Shown piece by piece: positions 40,086-50,205 of a stretch of 64,000 nt of DNA. Both the position numbers and the translations under genes were made by a program. Origin of the DNA: Candidatus Saccharimonadota bacterium (GTDB taxonomy: Bacteria; Patescibacteriota; Saccharimonadia; Saccharimonadales; AWTP1-31); NCBI GenBank assembly GCA_026395435.1, contig JAPLYT010000003.1, positions 135,328-199,327 on the forward strand. The letters are read 5' to 3'. How positions within the stretch are numbered: position 1 is the first letter of the stretch; every line of letters begins with the position of its first letter. The notes under the pieces are model-generated. The model searched no databases. It worked only from the letters and a program-made list of their open reading frames with translations, and was not told where the DNA came from.

Positions 40086-40228
40086 CTGTCCTCACCTGAG
40101 GACAGGAGCTTGTGCACATTAAAACATAAAACTCTTTCGTCGTAGAGACACAGATATACCATCACAACGTCGCCTCGCACAAGCATAGGGCTACAGAAGT
40201 GTATATTTGCACCCTGCGACGAACAGAA
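40086..40228 (+). promoter_or_regulatory. structured pnp leader (short hairpin + long stem-loop)
   Basis: CTGTCCTCA/TGAGGACAG hairpin; TCTTTCGTCGTAG pairs with CTGCGACGAACAGA; AGATATAC pairs with GTATATTT. Confidence 0.6.
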
Positions 40229-40239
40229 AGGACATTCTC

Positions 40240-42378
40240 TTGGGAACAACAGTAAACCCGTTCGGAAAAGACATCGTAAAAGTAGAGACCCAGTTTTGTG
40301 GTCGAACTCTCAGTCTCGAGGTTAACCGCATTGGATTCCGAACCAGTGCCAGCGTGCTTGTTCTTTATGGCGACACCGTCGTTATGGGAACAGCAATGGT
40401 CGGCCAAAAGCCAGTGCCAATGGATTATTTCCCGCTCAGCATCGATTACGAAGAAAAAATGTACGCTGCTGGTAAGATCAGTGGTTCACGCTTCATCAAG
40501 CGAGAAGGTCGCCCAAGTGAAGACGCGATTTTGATCGGCCGTCTCATCGACCGCCCAATTCGTCCATTATGGCCAAAAGGCTACCGTCACGAAGTACAGT
40601 GCGTCTCTACAGTTCTCAGCATGGACCCAGATTTCCGTCCTGATATGATTGCTATGATCGCCGCTAGTACGGCGCTTATGCTTACCGGTGCGCCATTCGA
40701 AGGTCCTGTAGCCGGCGTGCGTGTTGGGATTGTCGACGATAAGCTTAAAGCTTTTGCTACTGCAGCTGAGCTCGATGGAGGTCTGCTTGACCTCGTGGCT
40801 GCTGGTAACGAAAACGCCATCATGATGGTAGAAGCCGGAGCTAGTGAAGTCAGTGAAGAAAAGGTCATCGAAGCATTGGCATTTGCCCAAGAAGCAATTC
40901 AGCCTGCTATCCAGCTCCAAAAAGAACTCGTCAAAAAAGTCGGCGTTAAACCTCAAGAATACGTCCTGAGTCTTCCAAGCGAAGATATCCAAAAACAAGT
41001 AGATGACTATCTCAAAGATAAAATGGGCAAGAATATTCGCACCAATTATCCTGATCGTCACGAAAAAATGCATGCAATTCGCGAAGAAATGCTAGCTCAT
41101 TTTGAAGACAAAGTCAGTGATGCCTGGGAAGGCGCAAAACGAGATTATGAAGAAGCTTTTGCCAGCGCCGCCAACAAAGATGTCCGAAAAGGCATTCTTG
41201 AAGATGGTTCTCGACCAGACGGCCGTGAATTCACTGAAGTTCGAACTATTAGCCACGAAGTTGGTTTCTTGCCTCGAGCCCACGGTTCAGCTTTGTTTAC
41301 TCGAGGCATGACGCAGGGTATGAACATCGTCACCCTCGCACCACTTAGCTACGCGCAGATGATCGACACTATGGAGCGAGAGGGCGAGAAGCGCTACATG
41401 CACCACTTTAATGCTCCTGGTTACACAGTGGGCGAAATCAAGCGTCTTGGATCTCCAGGCCGCCGAGAAATCGGTCACAGTGCACTCGCCGAGCGAGCAC
41501 TGGCTGCCGTTATCCCATCCGATTCAGACTTCCCATACACCATTCGTGCTGTTACCGAAATCATGAGCCAACACGGAAGCACCAGTATGGCTGCTACCTG
41601 TAGCTCCACACTAGCTCTACTCGACGCCGGTGTGCCACTTATTCGACCAGTCAGCGGTATCGCTATGGGACTCGTTATGGGTGACGACGGTAAAGTTGTT
41701 ATCCTGACAGATATCGCTGATGCCGAAGATTTCGCTGGTGACATGGACTTTAAGGTCACGGGAACTACTAAGGGGATCACTGCACTCCAAATGGATATGA
41801 AGGTCCACGGACTAGATATCAAGATCTTGGCTCAAGCGCTTGAGCAAGGGAAGACTGGCCGAGCATTCATCTTAGAGAGCATGATGCAGACTATCTCTAA
41901 GGCACGACCAGAACTCAGTCCATACGCACCACGCGTTGAATCAATCAAGATCAACCCCGATAAAATCCGCGAAGTTATCGGTAAGGGTGGCGAGATGATT
42001 CAGAAGATTACTGGTGAGACCGGTGCAGAAATCGACATCAAGGACGATGGAACGGTCATGATTGCCAGCCCTGATGGCGAAAGCATCAAAGCAGCTCGCG
42101 AGTGGATCATGAGCATTGTGGCCGAACCAGAAGTTGGCAAAATCTACCATGACGTACCTGTTATGACGGTTATGGACTTCGGTGCATTCGTTCAGATCAT
42201 GCCAGGAAAAGATGGACTTGTTCACGTCAGTGAAATGTCTGAGGAACGCGTCAACAGCCCAAGCGATGTCGTCAAAGAAGGTGATAGAGTGACCGTCAAA
42301 CTAGTAGCTATCGACGATCGTGGCCGTCTGCAATTGAGCATGAAAGCCGCAGCTCGCGAATTAAAAGATAAAAAATAG
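40240..42378 (+). CDS. pnp: polyribonucleotide nucleotidyltransferase
   Basis: FIKREGRP, RLIDRPIRP, RREIGH, GDMDFKV, KH and S1 domains; TTG start after SD AAAGGA. Confidence 0.97.
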   Translation: MGTTVNPFGKDIVKVETQFCGRTLSLEVNRIGFRTSASVLVLYGDTVVMGTAMVGQKPVPMDYFPLSIDYEEKMYAAGKISGSRFIKREGRPSEDAILIGRLIDRPIRPLWPKGYRHEVQCVSTVLSMDPDFRPDMIAMIAASTALMLTGAPFEGPVAGVRVGIVDDKLKAFATAAELDGGLLDLVAAGNENAIMMVEAGASEVSEEKVIEALAFAQEAIQPAIQLQKELVKKVGVKPQEYVLSLPSEDIQKQVDDYLKDKMGKNIRTNYPDRHEKMHAIREEMLAHFEDKVSDAWEGAKRDYEEAFASAANKDVRKGILEDGSRPDGREFTEVRTISHEVGFLPRAHGSALFTRGMTQGMNIVTLAPLSYAQMIDTMEREGEKRYMHHFNAPGYTVGEIKRLGSPGRREIGHSALAERALAAVIPSDSDFPYTIRAVTEIMSQHGSTSMAATCSSTLALLDAGVPLIRPVSGIAMGLVMGDDGKVVILTDIADAEDFAGDMDFKVTGTTKGITALQMDMKVHGLDIKILAQALEQGKTGRAFILESMMQTISKARPELSPYAPRVESIKINPDKIREVIGKGGEMIQKITGETGAEIDIKDDGTVMIASPDGESIKAAREWIMSIVAEPEVGKIYHDVPVMTVMDFGAFVQIMPGKDGLVHVSEMSEERVNSPSDVVKEGDRVTVKLVAIDDRGRLQLSMKAAARELKDKK

Positions 42379-42389
42379 AAGGTACTCTC

Positions 42390-42593
42390 GTGTCAAAGCA
42401 AGAACACATATCATTTTTCTCATCAAGATTCGGTAAGCTCATCGTTGGCGTGCTTAGTCTCGTAGGAGCATTCCTAATGTTCCTACGGGCTACCGACACT
42501 GGAAGTTTGCAACAATATGCCATGCTACTCGTTCTCATAGCAGTAGGGATTAATAGATTATTGTCAGCAATTAGGGCTCAAATACGAGTGTGA
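42390..42593 (+). CDS. small two-TM membrane protein
   Basis: Two hydrophobic helices around RATDTGS..Y; GTGA overlap with next gene. Confidence 0.65.
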   Translation: MSKQEHISFFSSRFGKLIVGVLSLVGAFLMFLRATDTGSLQQYAMLLVLIAVGINRLLSAIRAQIRV

Positions 42594-43168
42594 ACAAACA
42601 ATTGCTCCTTGATCAGATCAAGGCAGATATCCTCGACCGGAATATCTGTCCAGATTTGGCCAAGCAAGCCAATCAGCTGGTGTTCGGCACCGGCGACCTC
42701 GATGCAAAAGTCGTCTTTATCGGCGAAGCACCAGGGAAGAACGAAGACCTAACGGGCGAGCCATTCGTAGGAGCCAGTGGAAAGTTCCTCGACGAGATGC
42801 TGGAATCAGTCGGTCTCGCTAGAACGAACATTTACATAACGAATATCGTCAAATATCGTCCTCCCAAGAACCGAGACCCGTCCCGGGAAGAGAAGGAGGC
42901 CTTTATGCCATTTCTGTATGCCCAGTTGGCTGCAATTGCGCCGAGTGTTGTAGTGACTCTTGGTCGCCACAGTACCAATTGCTTCCTACCGGGTTTACAG
43001 ATCAGTGCCATTCATGGCCAGACCCAAAAAATATCAGTAGAAGTTAAGAGCAAACAGTATACTTGGACAATACTTCCTCTATACCATCCAGCAGCAGCCT
43101 TATATAACGGTAAGCTGAGACAGACATTGCTCAAAGACTTCAAAATAATTAAACAGATTACAAAGTAA
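42590..43168 (+). CDS. uracil-DNA glycosylase, family 4-like
   Basis: GEAPG..ED..G.PFVG.SG, ITNIVK.RPP.NRDP, YHPAAALY. Confidence 0.92.
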   Translation: MNKQLLLDQIKADILDRNICPDLAKQANQLVFGTGDLDAKVVFIGEAPGKNEDLTGEPFVGASGKFLDEMLESVGLARTNIYITNIVKYRPPKNRDPSREEKEAFMPFLYAQLAAIAPSVVVTLGRHSTNCFLPGLQISAIHGQTQKISVEVKSKQYTWTILPLYHPAAALYNGKLRQTLLKDFKIIKQITK

Positions 43169-43194
43169 CTCTTATAAACTAAGAAAGAAGGATT

Positions 43195-45360
43195 ATGAAT
43201 CCAAACAATCAACCAAACCAAAACAGTGGACAGCCGAATACCAATTCGCGTCCACCACAAAACCCGCGACCAAACCGACAAGGTCCAGGTCGCAACCAAA
43301 ATAACAAAAACAGTAACCGACGGCCAAGCTCCAACCCATCTCAGCCTGCACACGCTGGACGTAGTGTATCTCGGGGTGCAGCAATGCGCGCTCAGAAACG
43401 AAATCAAGAAGATGCCACCCGGATTGCCAGCCAACACCTTGACGCCAGTAGCAAGAACCAGCAAACTCGTCGAGCTAACTTTGTCGATGACACGCCGCGA
43501 CTTAGTATCGTCGGTCTCGGCGGCATGGACGGCGGTGGTTCCAAGAATACCATCCTCGTTGAATACTTAAATGATGCCGTCATTATGGACTGTGGTAACG
43601 ACCTCGGAGTAGACCTTCCTGGTATTAACTACGGTATCGTCGACACCACTTACCTCGAATCAATCAAGCATAAATTACGTGCATACATTATTACGCACGG
43701 TCACCTTGACCATATTGGCGGCTTGCCTCATATCGTGCCACGATTCCCAGCGCCTATTTACGGAAGTAAATTTACCATCGGTCGCGTAGAAGAAATTTTC
43801 GGAAACTTTGGCCTGCCAATGCCCGATGGTTTCGAACTACAAACCGTCATGATGAACGAAGACACCCACGAACGACTTAAGATCGGAAACTTTTTCGTCG
43901 AGCTCGTCCGCGTGACGCACTCCATACCTGGATCTACCTGTATCGTTCTTGATACTCCCGTCGGACGATTGATCAACACTGGAGATTTCCGGTTTGACCC
44001 TAACCCACTCGACCACGAGAAAACCGATATGGAACGCCTTAAGCAACTTGGTGATGAAGGAGTACTCGCGCTTTTAAGCGAAAGTACCACTACCGATCGA
44101 CCAGGTTGGACTCCGAGTGAAAGTACCATCGAAGACAGCATCTCAGACATTATGGCTAACGCACCTGGACGTGTGTTTGTCGGTCTTTTCTCAACCAACA
44201 TGAACCGTGTGCAGATGATCATCAATGCTGCCGTCAGCCACAATCGTAAAGTTGCGATGGATGGACGAAGCATGGTCAGTACACTCGAAATGGCTGTTCG
44301 TCATGGATTCGTGCGAATTCCAAAAGGTACGTTTGTACCGATTGCGTCTGCCGGAACTATGAATGACCAAGACCTCGTCGTTGTCTGTACTGGTTCTCAG
44401 GGTGAGCCTAGCTCTGCGCTTCAGCGCATGAGTAGCGGTGATCACCGACACGTGAAACTCAAAGAACAAGACACGGTTATTCTATCGTCATCTCCAATTC
44501 CATACTCAGGTAACGACGCCAAGATTCGATCAATGGTCGATGACTTCATGAAAAAAGGTGTTCACATCTTCCAACACATCACTCGTGATATCGACCAGCA
44601 TGGTCCATTGCACGTTTCAGGACATGCCAGCGTCGATGAATATGCCGAAATGATTAACGTCACTAAGCCAAAATTCTTTGTGCCGATTTACGGTGACTAT
44701 ACTGCCAAGAAGCGACACATCGACATCGCTATCGATAATGGGATCCCCAGGAAGAACACCATCAATGCAGATAACGGTGAGATCATCGCCTTCACAAGCG
44801 ATACTATGGAACCAGCCGGCACCGTCCCTCATGGAACGGTCCTCGTTGACCAAACCGGTGCTATCGTCAGCAACATCGTGGTCAAAGACCGCCTAATGCT
44901 TGCCGAAGAAGGTCTTGTTGCCGTAGTTCTCACCGTCGACAAACGAACCGGTCAGCTTGCTACCAGCCCCGATATAATTAGTCGTGGTTTCATCTACATG
45001 CGAGACAACGAAGATCTCATGAACGAATTCCGCACCGAACTTCGTCGAGCTGTAGGGCAGCGGTTCCGCCGCGTCGATCTCGACAGGTTCAAACAAGAAC
45101 TTCGTGAGCATGTCACTCACTTCCTCTTTGAACATACCCAGCGTAGTCCAATTGTCATTCCAGTAGTGAACGTTATTGGCGGTAGTAAGCCAGACGGAAA
45201 TGGCACCGCCCAAAAGAATAATGGCAATCAACGCTCGCAACAGCAAGCGCCGCAACCAGTAGAAGTGCCGCCAACTCCAGAAGAGCAGGCCGAAGATGTG
45301 CAGAAGCGATTTAAAGAGATGCGAGCGAAACTACTTAACCAAGACGCACGCACCGACTAA
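43195..45360 (+). CDS. rnj: ribonuclease J
   Basis: THGHLDHIG, VTHSIP, TGDF, TGSQGEP, HVSGHA, SRGFIY. Confidence 0.95.
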   Translation: MNPNNQPNQNSGQPNTNSRPPQNPRPNRQGPGRNQNNKNSNRRPSSNPSQPAHAGRSVSRGAAMRAQKRNQEDATRIASQHLDASSKNQQTRRANFVDDTPRLSIVGLGGMDGGGSKNTILVEYLNDAVIMDCGNDLGVDLPGINYGIVDTTYLESIKHKLRAYIITHGHLDHIGGLPHIVPRFPAPIYGSKFTIGRVEEIFGNFGLPMPDGFELQTVMMNEDTHERLKIGNFFVELVRVTHSIPGSTCIVLDTPVGRLINTGDFRFDPNPLDHEKTDMERLKQLGDEGVLALLSESTTTDRPGWTPSESTIEDSISDIMANAPGRVFVGLFSTNMNRVQMIINAAVSHNRKVAMDGRSMVSTLEMAVRHGFVRIPKGTFVPIASAGTMNDQDLVVVCTGSQGEPSSALQRMSSGDHRHVKLKEQDTVILSSSPIPYSGNDAKIRSMVDDFMKKGVHIFQHITRDIDQHGPLHVSGHASVDEYAEMINVTKPKFFVPIYGDYTAKKRHIDIAIDNGIPRKNTINADNGEIIAFTSDTMEPAGTVPHGTVLVDQTGAIVSNIVVKDRLMLAEEGLVAVVLTVDKRTGQLATSPDIISRGFIYMRDNEDLMNEFRTELRRAVGQRFRRVDLDRFKQELREHVTHFLFEHTQRSPIVIPVVNVIGGSKPDGNGTAQKNNGNQRSQQQAPQPVEVPPTPEEQAEDVQKRFKEMRAKLLNQDARTD

Positions 45361-45541
45361 ATCTCGCATCCAGACTTGGTAAATTACTTCGTCAATATAC
45401 GTATCTGATCTTGGTCGCAGTATTATTTAGACAGCTTCCTCGATCATCTACTATTTCCTCGTACTTCACTCAAGCCTGAACCCGAGAAAATATGCTTATT
45501 TGCATTGACAAGATACCAAATATAGGTTATATTATTGCATT

Positions 45542-46096
45542 ATGTCTGAATTTTTATCGTCTGCATGTGAGTATGCCGAGAACCCAAATCGTTTAGCCAC
45601 CGAAGCAGAACGTGACTTCTTGCACGGTACTATGCTGCAAGTCGCTCAATCTTATGAGGTAGATATGAATTCCGGCCTCGATGTCCGCGAAACACTCTAT
45701 ACGGGATCAGATGAAACGATCACATATCGAAAAGAAAGCCATGTCTATGATCATAAAAGCCATGGAAAATCTAATGATTTTGCTTCGTATTCAATCACTT
45801 ACAAGGGACCTTTAGAAAAAATACCCGAATCGAACAAGGCAAGCCAACGCGTTCTTCAGTGGGCAGTAATTGGCGATGCATTTGGATTTGGTCAGGTGTA
45901 TTCAGTTTTTGACGAGGATATCATACTTGAAGGTCATAAGCAGGTTAATCCTGGCTATTGTCAGGTTCCAGGATACGAACTTGGGCCAAACGAATCTGCC
46001 GCTTTCGATCAGATTATTGGAATGCAACAGGGGACATATGAACAATATTCTATTATCCAGCAAGCTGCAGAGCGTTTGATCGAAGCTCGTCGCTAA
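45542..46096 (+). CDS. hypothetical protein
   Basis: 184-aa ORF; TTGACA-N17-TATATT upstream. Confidence 0.7.
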   Translation: MSEFLSSACEYAENPNRLATEAERDFLHGTMLQVAQSYEVDMNSGLDVRETLYTGSDETITYRKESHVYDHKSHGKSNDFASYSITYKGPLEKIPESNKASQRVLQWAVIGDAFGFGQVYSVFDEDIILEGHKQVNPGYCQVPGYELGPNESAAFDQIIGMQQGTYEQYSIIQQAAERLIEARR

Positions 46097-46146
46097 ATAC
46101 CATAAACAATATTGACAATCGTTGTATTTTTTGCTATAGTATAGCT

Positions 46147-46392
46147 ATGAATGATTCATCAAAACCAAGACTTATCAGCGAATCTTTTCCTAACATAATC
46201 GGTGCTCCCGATCCTGCCCGAAAGGAAGCATCCAGGGAAAGAGATTTATCAAGTGAACTTGCAGGACTCACAGAGCAAATACATGATGCTGCTAAGCAAG
46301 AGCACGAAGGTCAACACCTTGATCCAGCGGCAATTGATCTACTAAAAGCTGCCCATCTTGCTGCGAAAGCAGAACAACAGGGCAGACAATAA
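46147..46392 (+). CDS. small hypothetical helical protein
   Basis: 81 aa; TTGACA-N17-TATAGT ending 6 nt before the ATG. Confidence 0.65.
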   Translation: MNDSSKPRLISESFPNIIGAPDPARKEASRERDLSSELAGLTEQIHDAAKQEHEGQHLDPAAIDLLKAAHLAAKAEQQGRQ

Positions 46393-46421
46393 GCGCAGCG
46401 GTGTTATAATAAACAAACAAT

Positions 46422-48620
46422 ATGGCAAAAAGAAAAAAACAAACACGCAGCAGAAAAAAAGTAGTCGAACAGCAGCGTTCGACTTTTTGGCCGCTCGCCG
46501 GAGCCATCGTCCTGATCTTGCTCGCCTTATTCATGTTACTTGGAGGCTTTGGAACTGGCGGTCCACTGCCAACGGGGCTTTTCAAGGGAGCCTACTGGGC
46601 CCTTGGATGGGGCGCCTATCTCGTACCCATCGCATTGGTATATTTCGGAATACTAAAATTCAATAGTGAAGATCACCAAATACCACTTGGAAATTTCATC
46701 AGTATGATTGCCGGACTTACACTTACGGGTAGTTGGCTACACGTCGCATTTGCCACAAAAGATTCTACCGGTACTTTTGTCGATGGCCATGGTGGGCAAG
46801 TAGGCCAGCTGATAGGGGGTGTGGTACTCAATGCAATCGATAAAATACCGGCAAGCATTATGTTTTTCGTGTTCGCTGTTCTGGCGTTCTTTTTCGCATT
46901 CGGGATCTCACCCAAAGTACTGCTAAAGGTCATCGATGTTTTCCGCCCAGCCGAAGTCGAAGAAGACGGTCTGACTGCAATGAAGCAGCGAGCTGAACAC
47001 TCATTTACCTTGAATGAAGGCGTTCCTGTCGAGAGACACGGTCATGCCGGACCTTCAGCACCGCGGCTTGCATCTCTAAAAAATACCGCCCAGAAACTTG
47101 CCCCAGCCGAAGAACACAGTGCGCTAACCGTGGCTAGTGATCCCGATTGGCAACTGCCGTCCACGAGCCTACTGAGCCATAAACAGGACAAAGCAGATGC
47201 TGGTGATGTCGAAGGCAACGCTCGTATTATTCAAGAAACATTCGATAACTTTAGCATCGGTGTCGAAATGGAAGGGGCTAATATCGGGCCGAGTGTCACG
47301 CAGTACACCCTTAAACCTCCAGCTGGCACTAAGCTCACCAAGATCACGGCCCTCGAAAATAACATCGCCCTCGATCTTGCCGCCACATCCATACGTATCG
47401 AAGCACCAATCCCTGGTAAAAAATTAGTTGGAATTGAAGTGCCAAACGTTAAACCAGCAACGGTGCGAATGAGCGGCATGCTTGAGTCAAAAGAATGGAA
47501 AGCGACCGACAATAGTGCGCTTACCTTTGCCATAGGGCGAGATATAGCCGGCCATCCAATCATTGCCGATCTAGCCAAGATGCCCCATCTGCTTGTAGCA
47601 GGTCAGACCGGTTCCGGTAAGAGTGTTATGATCAATACAATTCTAACGAGCTTGCTGTATCGTAATGGTCCGTCAGACCTCAAGCTAATCCTGGTTGATC
47701 CAAAGCAAGTTGAATTGAAGCCCTATGACGACATCCCGCATCTCCTGACCCCTGTTATTACCGAGCCAGAGAAATGTATTAGCGCCCTTAAATGGACCGT
47801 TGCCGAAATGGAACGACGCTACAAGACGCTCAGTGAAGAGCGGGTTCGAAACATCATTGAATACAACAACAAGAAAAACGAAGAAGGCATGCCGTATATC
47901 GTCGTTGTTATCGATGAGCTTGCCGACCTGATGATGATGGCCGCTCGCGACGTCGAGTCACTCATCGTCCGAATTGCCCAAAAAGCTCGGGCCGTTGGTA
48001 TTCACCTTGTTCTTGCCACGCAGCGCCCGAGCGTTGACGTCATTACCGGTCTCATCAAGGCCAACGTCCCAGCCCGTATCGCGTTTACGACCGCTAGTCA
48101 GATAGACTCACGTACCATCATCGACCAGATGGGTGCTGAAAAACTACTTGGTAAGGGTGATATGCTACTCCTCACGGCAAGTATGCCGAAGCCACAGCGT
48201 ATCCAGGGTGCATTCATTGATGATGACGAAACCAATAAGGTGACTGATTTCATCCGTGAACAACGACCTCCGCAGTATGATAACGAAGTTGTCAGCCAGC
48301 CAGTTCAGCTCAATGGTCGTGGCGGAATTGTCGCAGACGTAGATGCCGCTGATGAACCAGTCTTTAAACAGGCAGTAGAAGTTGTCATAGAGGCAGGCAA
48401 GGCCAGCACCAGCCTCTTACAACGTCGATTACGAATTGGTTATGGCAAGGCTGCTCGCATGATTGAATCAATGGAAGAACAAGGAATCGTCGGCCCAGCC
48501 GATGGCTCTCGCCCACGAGAAGTACTCATTAGCAGCATGAGTGATGTATTTGGCGGACCAGCCCCCGACACCTCAGAACCATTCACCAACACCGATGAGC
48601 AAGAACCCGAAGAGCTCTAG
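46422..48620 (+). CDS. ftsK: DNA translocase FtsK/SpoIIIE
   Basis: N-terminal TMs, PHLLVAGQTGSGKS, IDELADL, ATQRPS, gamma domain LQRRLRIGY. Confidence 0.97.
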   Translation: MAKRKKQTRSRKKVVEQQRSTFWPLAGAIVLILLALFMLLGGFGTGGPLPTGLFKGAYWALGWGAYLVPIALVYFGILKFNSEDHQIPLGNFISMIAGLTLTGSWLHVAFATKDSTGTFVDGHGGQVGQLIGGVVLNAIDKIPASIMFFVFAVLAFFFAFGISPKVLLKVIDVFRPAEVEEDGLTAMKQRAEHSFTLNEGVPVERHGHAGPSAPRLASLKNTAQKLAPAEEHSALTVASDPDWQLPSTSLLSHKQDKADAGDVEGNARIIQETFDNFSIGVEMEGANIGPSVTQYTLKPPAGTKLTKITALENNIALDLAATSIRIEAPIPGKKLVGIEVPNVKPATVRMSGMLESKEWKATDNSALTFAIGRDIAGHPIIADLAKMPHLLVAGQTGSGKSVMINTILTSLLYRNGPSDLKLILVDPKQVELKPYDDIPHLLTPVITEPEKCISALKWTVAEMERRYKTLSEERVRNIIEYNNKKNEEGMPYIVVVIDELADLMMMAARDVESLIVRIAQKARAVGIHLVLATQRPSVDVITGLIKANVPARIAFTTASQIDSRTIIDQMGAEKLLGKGDMLLLTASMPKPQRIQGAFIDDDETNKVTDFIREQRPPQYDNEVVSQPVQLNGRGGIVADVDAADEPVFKQAVEVVIEAGKASTSLLQRRLRIGYGKAARMIESMEEQGIVGPADGSRPREVLISSMSDVFGGPAPDTSEPFTNTDEQEPEEL

Positions 48621-48632
48621 CATAGTCCGCAC

Positions 48633-48661
48633 TTGTAATATTCCGCCAAAAACGCTATAAT
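48633..48661 (+). promoter_or_regulatory. sigma70 promoter of rpsF-ssb-rpsR
   Basis: TTGTAA-N17-TATAAT. Confidence 0.65.
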
Positions 48662-48775
48662 TACCTCTGTTATATTAACTTCAACGTATGTCCCCTTGTG
48701 AGCATATGTTTTAACCAAAGGAAGTTTACAATCAAGACGTACGTTTTGTACTGTATTCCTTCAGAAAGGACCTAG

Positions 48776-49156
48776 ATGAACCAATACGAAATTGCAGTAT
48801 TGTATCACCCAGATCTCGAGATTGATCTTGAGAAAGCCACCAAAAAAGTAGAGCAAATCTTTACAGATAATGGTGGAACCGTTGTCAACGCCGACAACTG
48901 GGGTAAGCGAAAGCTTGCGTACACTATCGCCAAGCAAGATCACGCCGTATATGTAATTTATACCGTTGATATGCCAGGTACCGGTGTTGCGAAGACTGAG
49001 TCTACACTCAATATCACTGACGAAGTAATTCGTTTCTTGATTACACGTCCAGACCTCAAAGCTATCGCCAAAGCTGAAGCAACCAAGGCTGAAAAAGCTG
49101 CCAAAGCTGCTGAGCGTGGTGACCGAGCTGACGACGATTCAAAAGACGAAGAATAG
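48776..49156 (+). CDS. rpsF: 30S ribosomal protein S6
   Basis: YE...L.P, WGKRKLAY.I, VIRFLI. Confidence 0.96.
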   Translation: MNQYEIAVLYHPDLEIDLEKATKKVEQIFTDNGGTVVNADNWGKRKLAYTIAKQDHAVYVIYTVDMPGTGVAKTESTLNITDEVIRFLITRPDLKAIAKAEATKAEKAAKAAERGDRADDDSKDEE

Positions 49157-49251
49157 TTTCATGCTGTTGCTTGACGCATTGATTTTTGCGCAGTAACGTA
49201 TAGATACACAATAATTAATCGGACATAGTATCCGAGAAGGAGGGTTGCCAC

Positions 49252-49731
49252 ATGGCACGTAGCTTTAACCAAGTAATACTAATGGGGAACTTAACTCGAG
49301 ACCCCGAAGTGCGACAAATTCCGAGCGGGCAAAGTGTTTGTACATTTAGCCTCGCACTCAACCGGAGTTTTAAGGGAGCAGATGGGAACTGGCAAGAAGC
49401 AACCGATTATATCGATGTTGTTGCCTGGGGACCACTCGGCGAACGAGTTGCACAATATGTTACAAAAGGCCGTCCAGTACTCGTAAATGGCCGTCTCCAG
49501 AGCCGTTCTTGGGAGCAAGAAGGCGTCAAGCGGAGTAAGGTCGAAGTAAACGCCCAAGACGTTACGTTCCTCGGTGGACGAGGTGAGGGCGGTGAAGGCG
49601 GAAGCTACACTCCACCTGCTAATACCAGTGGAAGTGGACCAGCCAAGAAATCATCTTCAAAGAAGGTGGACGAAGTGGCTATCGAGGATATTGGCGATGA
49701 ACCAATCAACCTTGAAGACATTCCATTCTAG
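49252..49731 (+). CDS. ssb: single-stranded DNA-binding protein
   Basis: NQVILMGNLTRDPE, GRLQSRSW, C-terminal DIPF. Confidence 0.98.
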   Translation: MARSFNQVILMGNLTRDPEVRQIPSGQSVCTFSLALNRSFKGADGNWQEATDYIDVVAWGPLGERVAQYVTKGRPVLVNGRLQSRSWEQEGVKRSKVEVNAQDVTFLGGRGEGGEGGSYTPPANTSGSGPAKKSSSKKVDEVAIEDIGDEPINLEDIPF

Positions 49732-49900
49732 TACATTTACAACACAATTTTCTGCCAGCTAGCCTAGGCTAGCTGCACCAAAATTGTTTCTGGCGTCTCG
49801 CTTTGTCGGCTAGCTCCAGTGCTCAGTCGGAGTACTTTTCGTACACCTTCCTGCGCGCTTCGCTGTCTCCATGCGATACATCCAGATGTAAACGTCCTAG
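49728..49900. mobile_element. 173-bp palindromic MITE-like insertion between ssb and rpsR
   Basis: Terminal inverted repeats CTAGTACATTTACA / TGTAAACGTCCTAG; internal perfect palindrome CAGCTAGCCTAGGCTAGCTG; left end overlaps the ssb stop codon. Confidence 0.65.
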
Positions 49901-49989
49901 TAACAAACGGTCAAAATTTGTTAAAAACCAAATTAGCGATAGTTGAATTTAAGATTTTAATAATAATTAAGAGAATATAGGAGAAGACG

Positions 49990-50193
49990 ATGGCAAAGAT
50001 ATTTAAACATCGAACCGATGTAGCCTTTTTTGACTACAAAGACTTCAAAACATTGCAACGGTATGTAAACATGTACGGGCAAATCGAGACTCGCAAAAAG
50101 ACTGGTCTCACCGAAAGCCAACAGCGCCGATTGAGTGTCGCTATTAAGCGCGCACGACACATCGCACTACTACCTTTCGTGGCAAATAACTAA
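49990..50193 (+). CDS. rpsR: 30S ribosomal protein S18
   Basis: DYKD, G.I..R..TG, AIKRARHIALLPF. Confidence 0.96.
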   Translation: MAKIFKHRTDVAFFDYKDFKTLQRYVNMYGQIETRKKTGLTESQQRRLSVAIKRARHIALLPFVANN

Positions 50194-50205
50194 TCTACGG
50201 CATTC

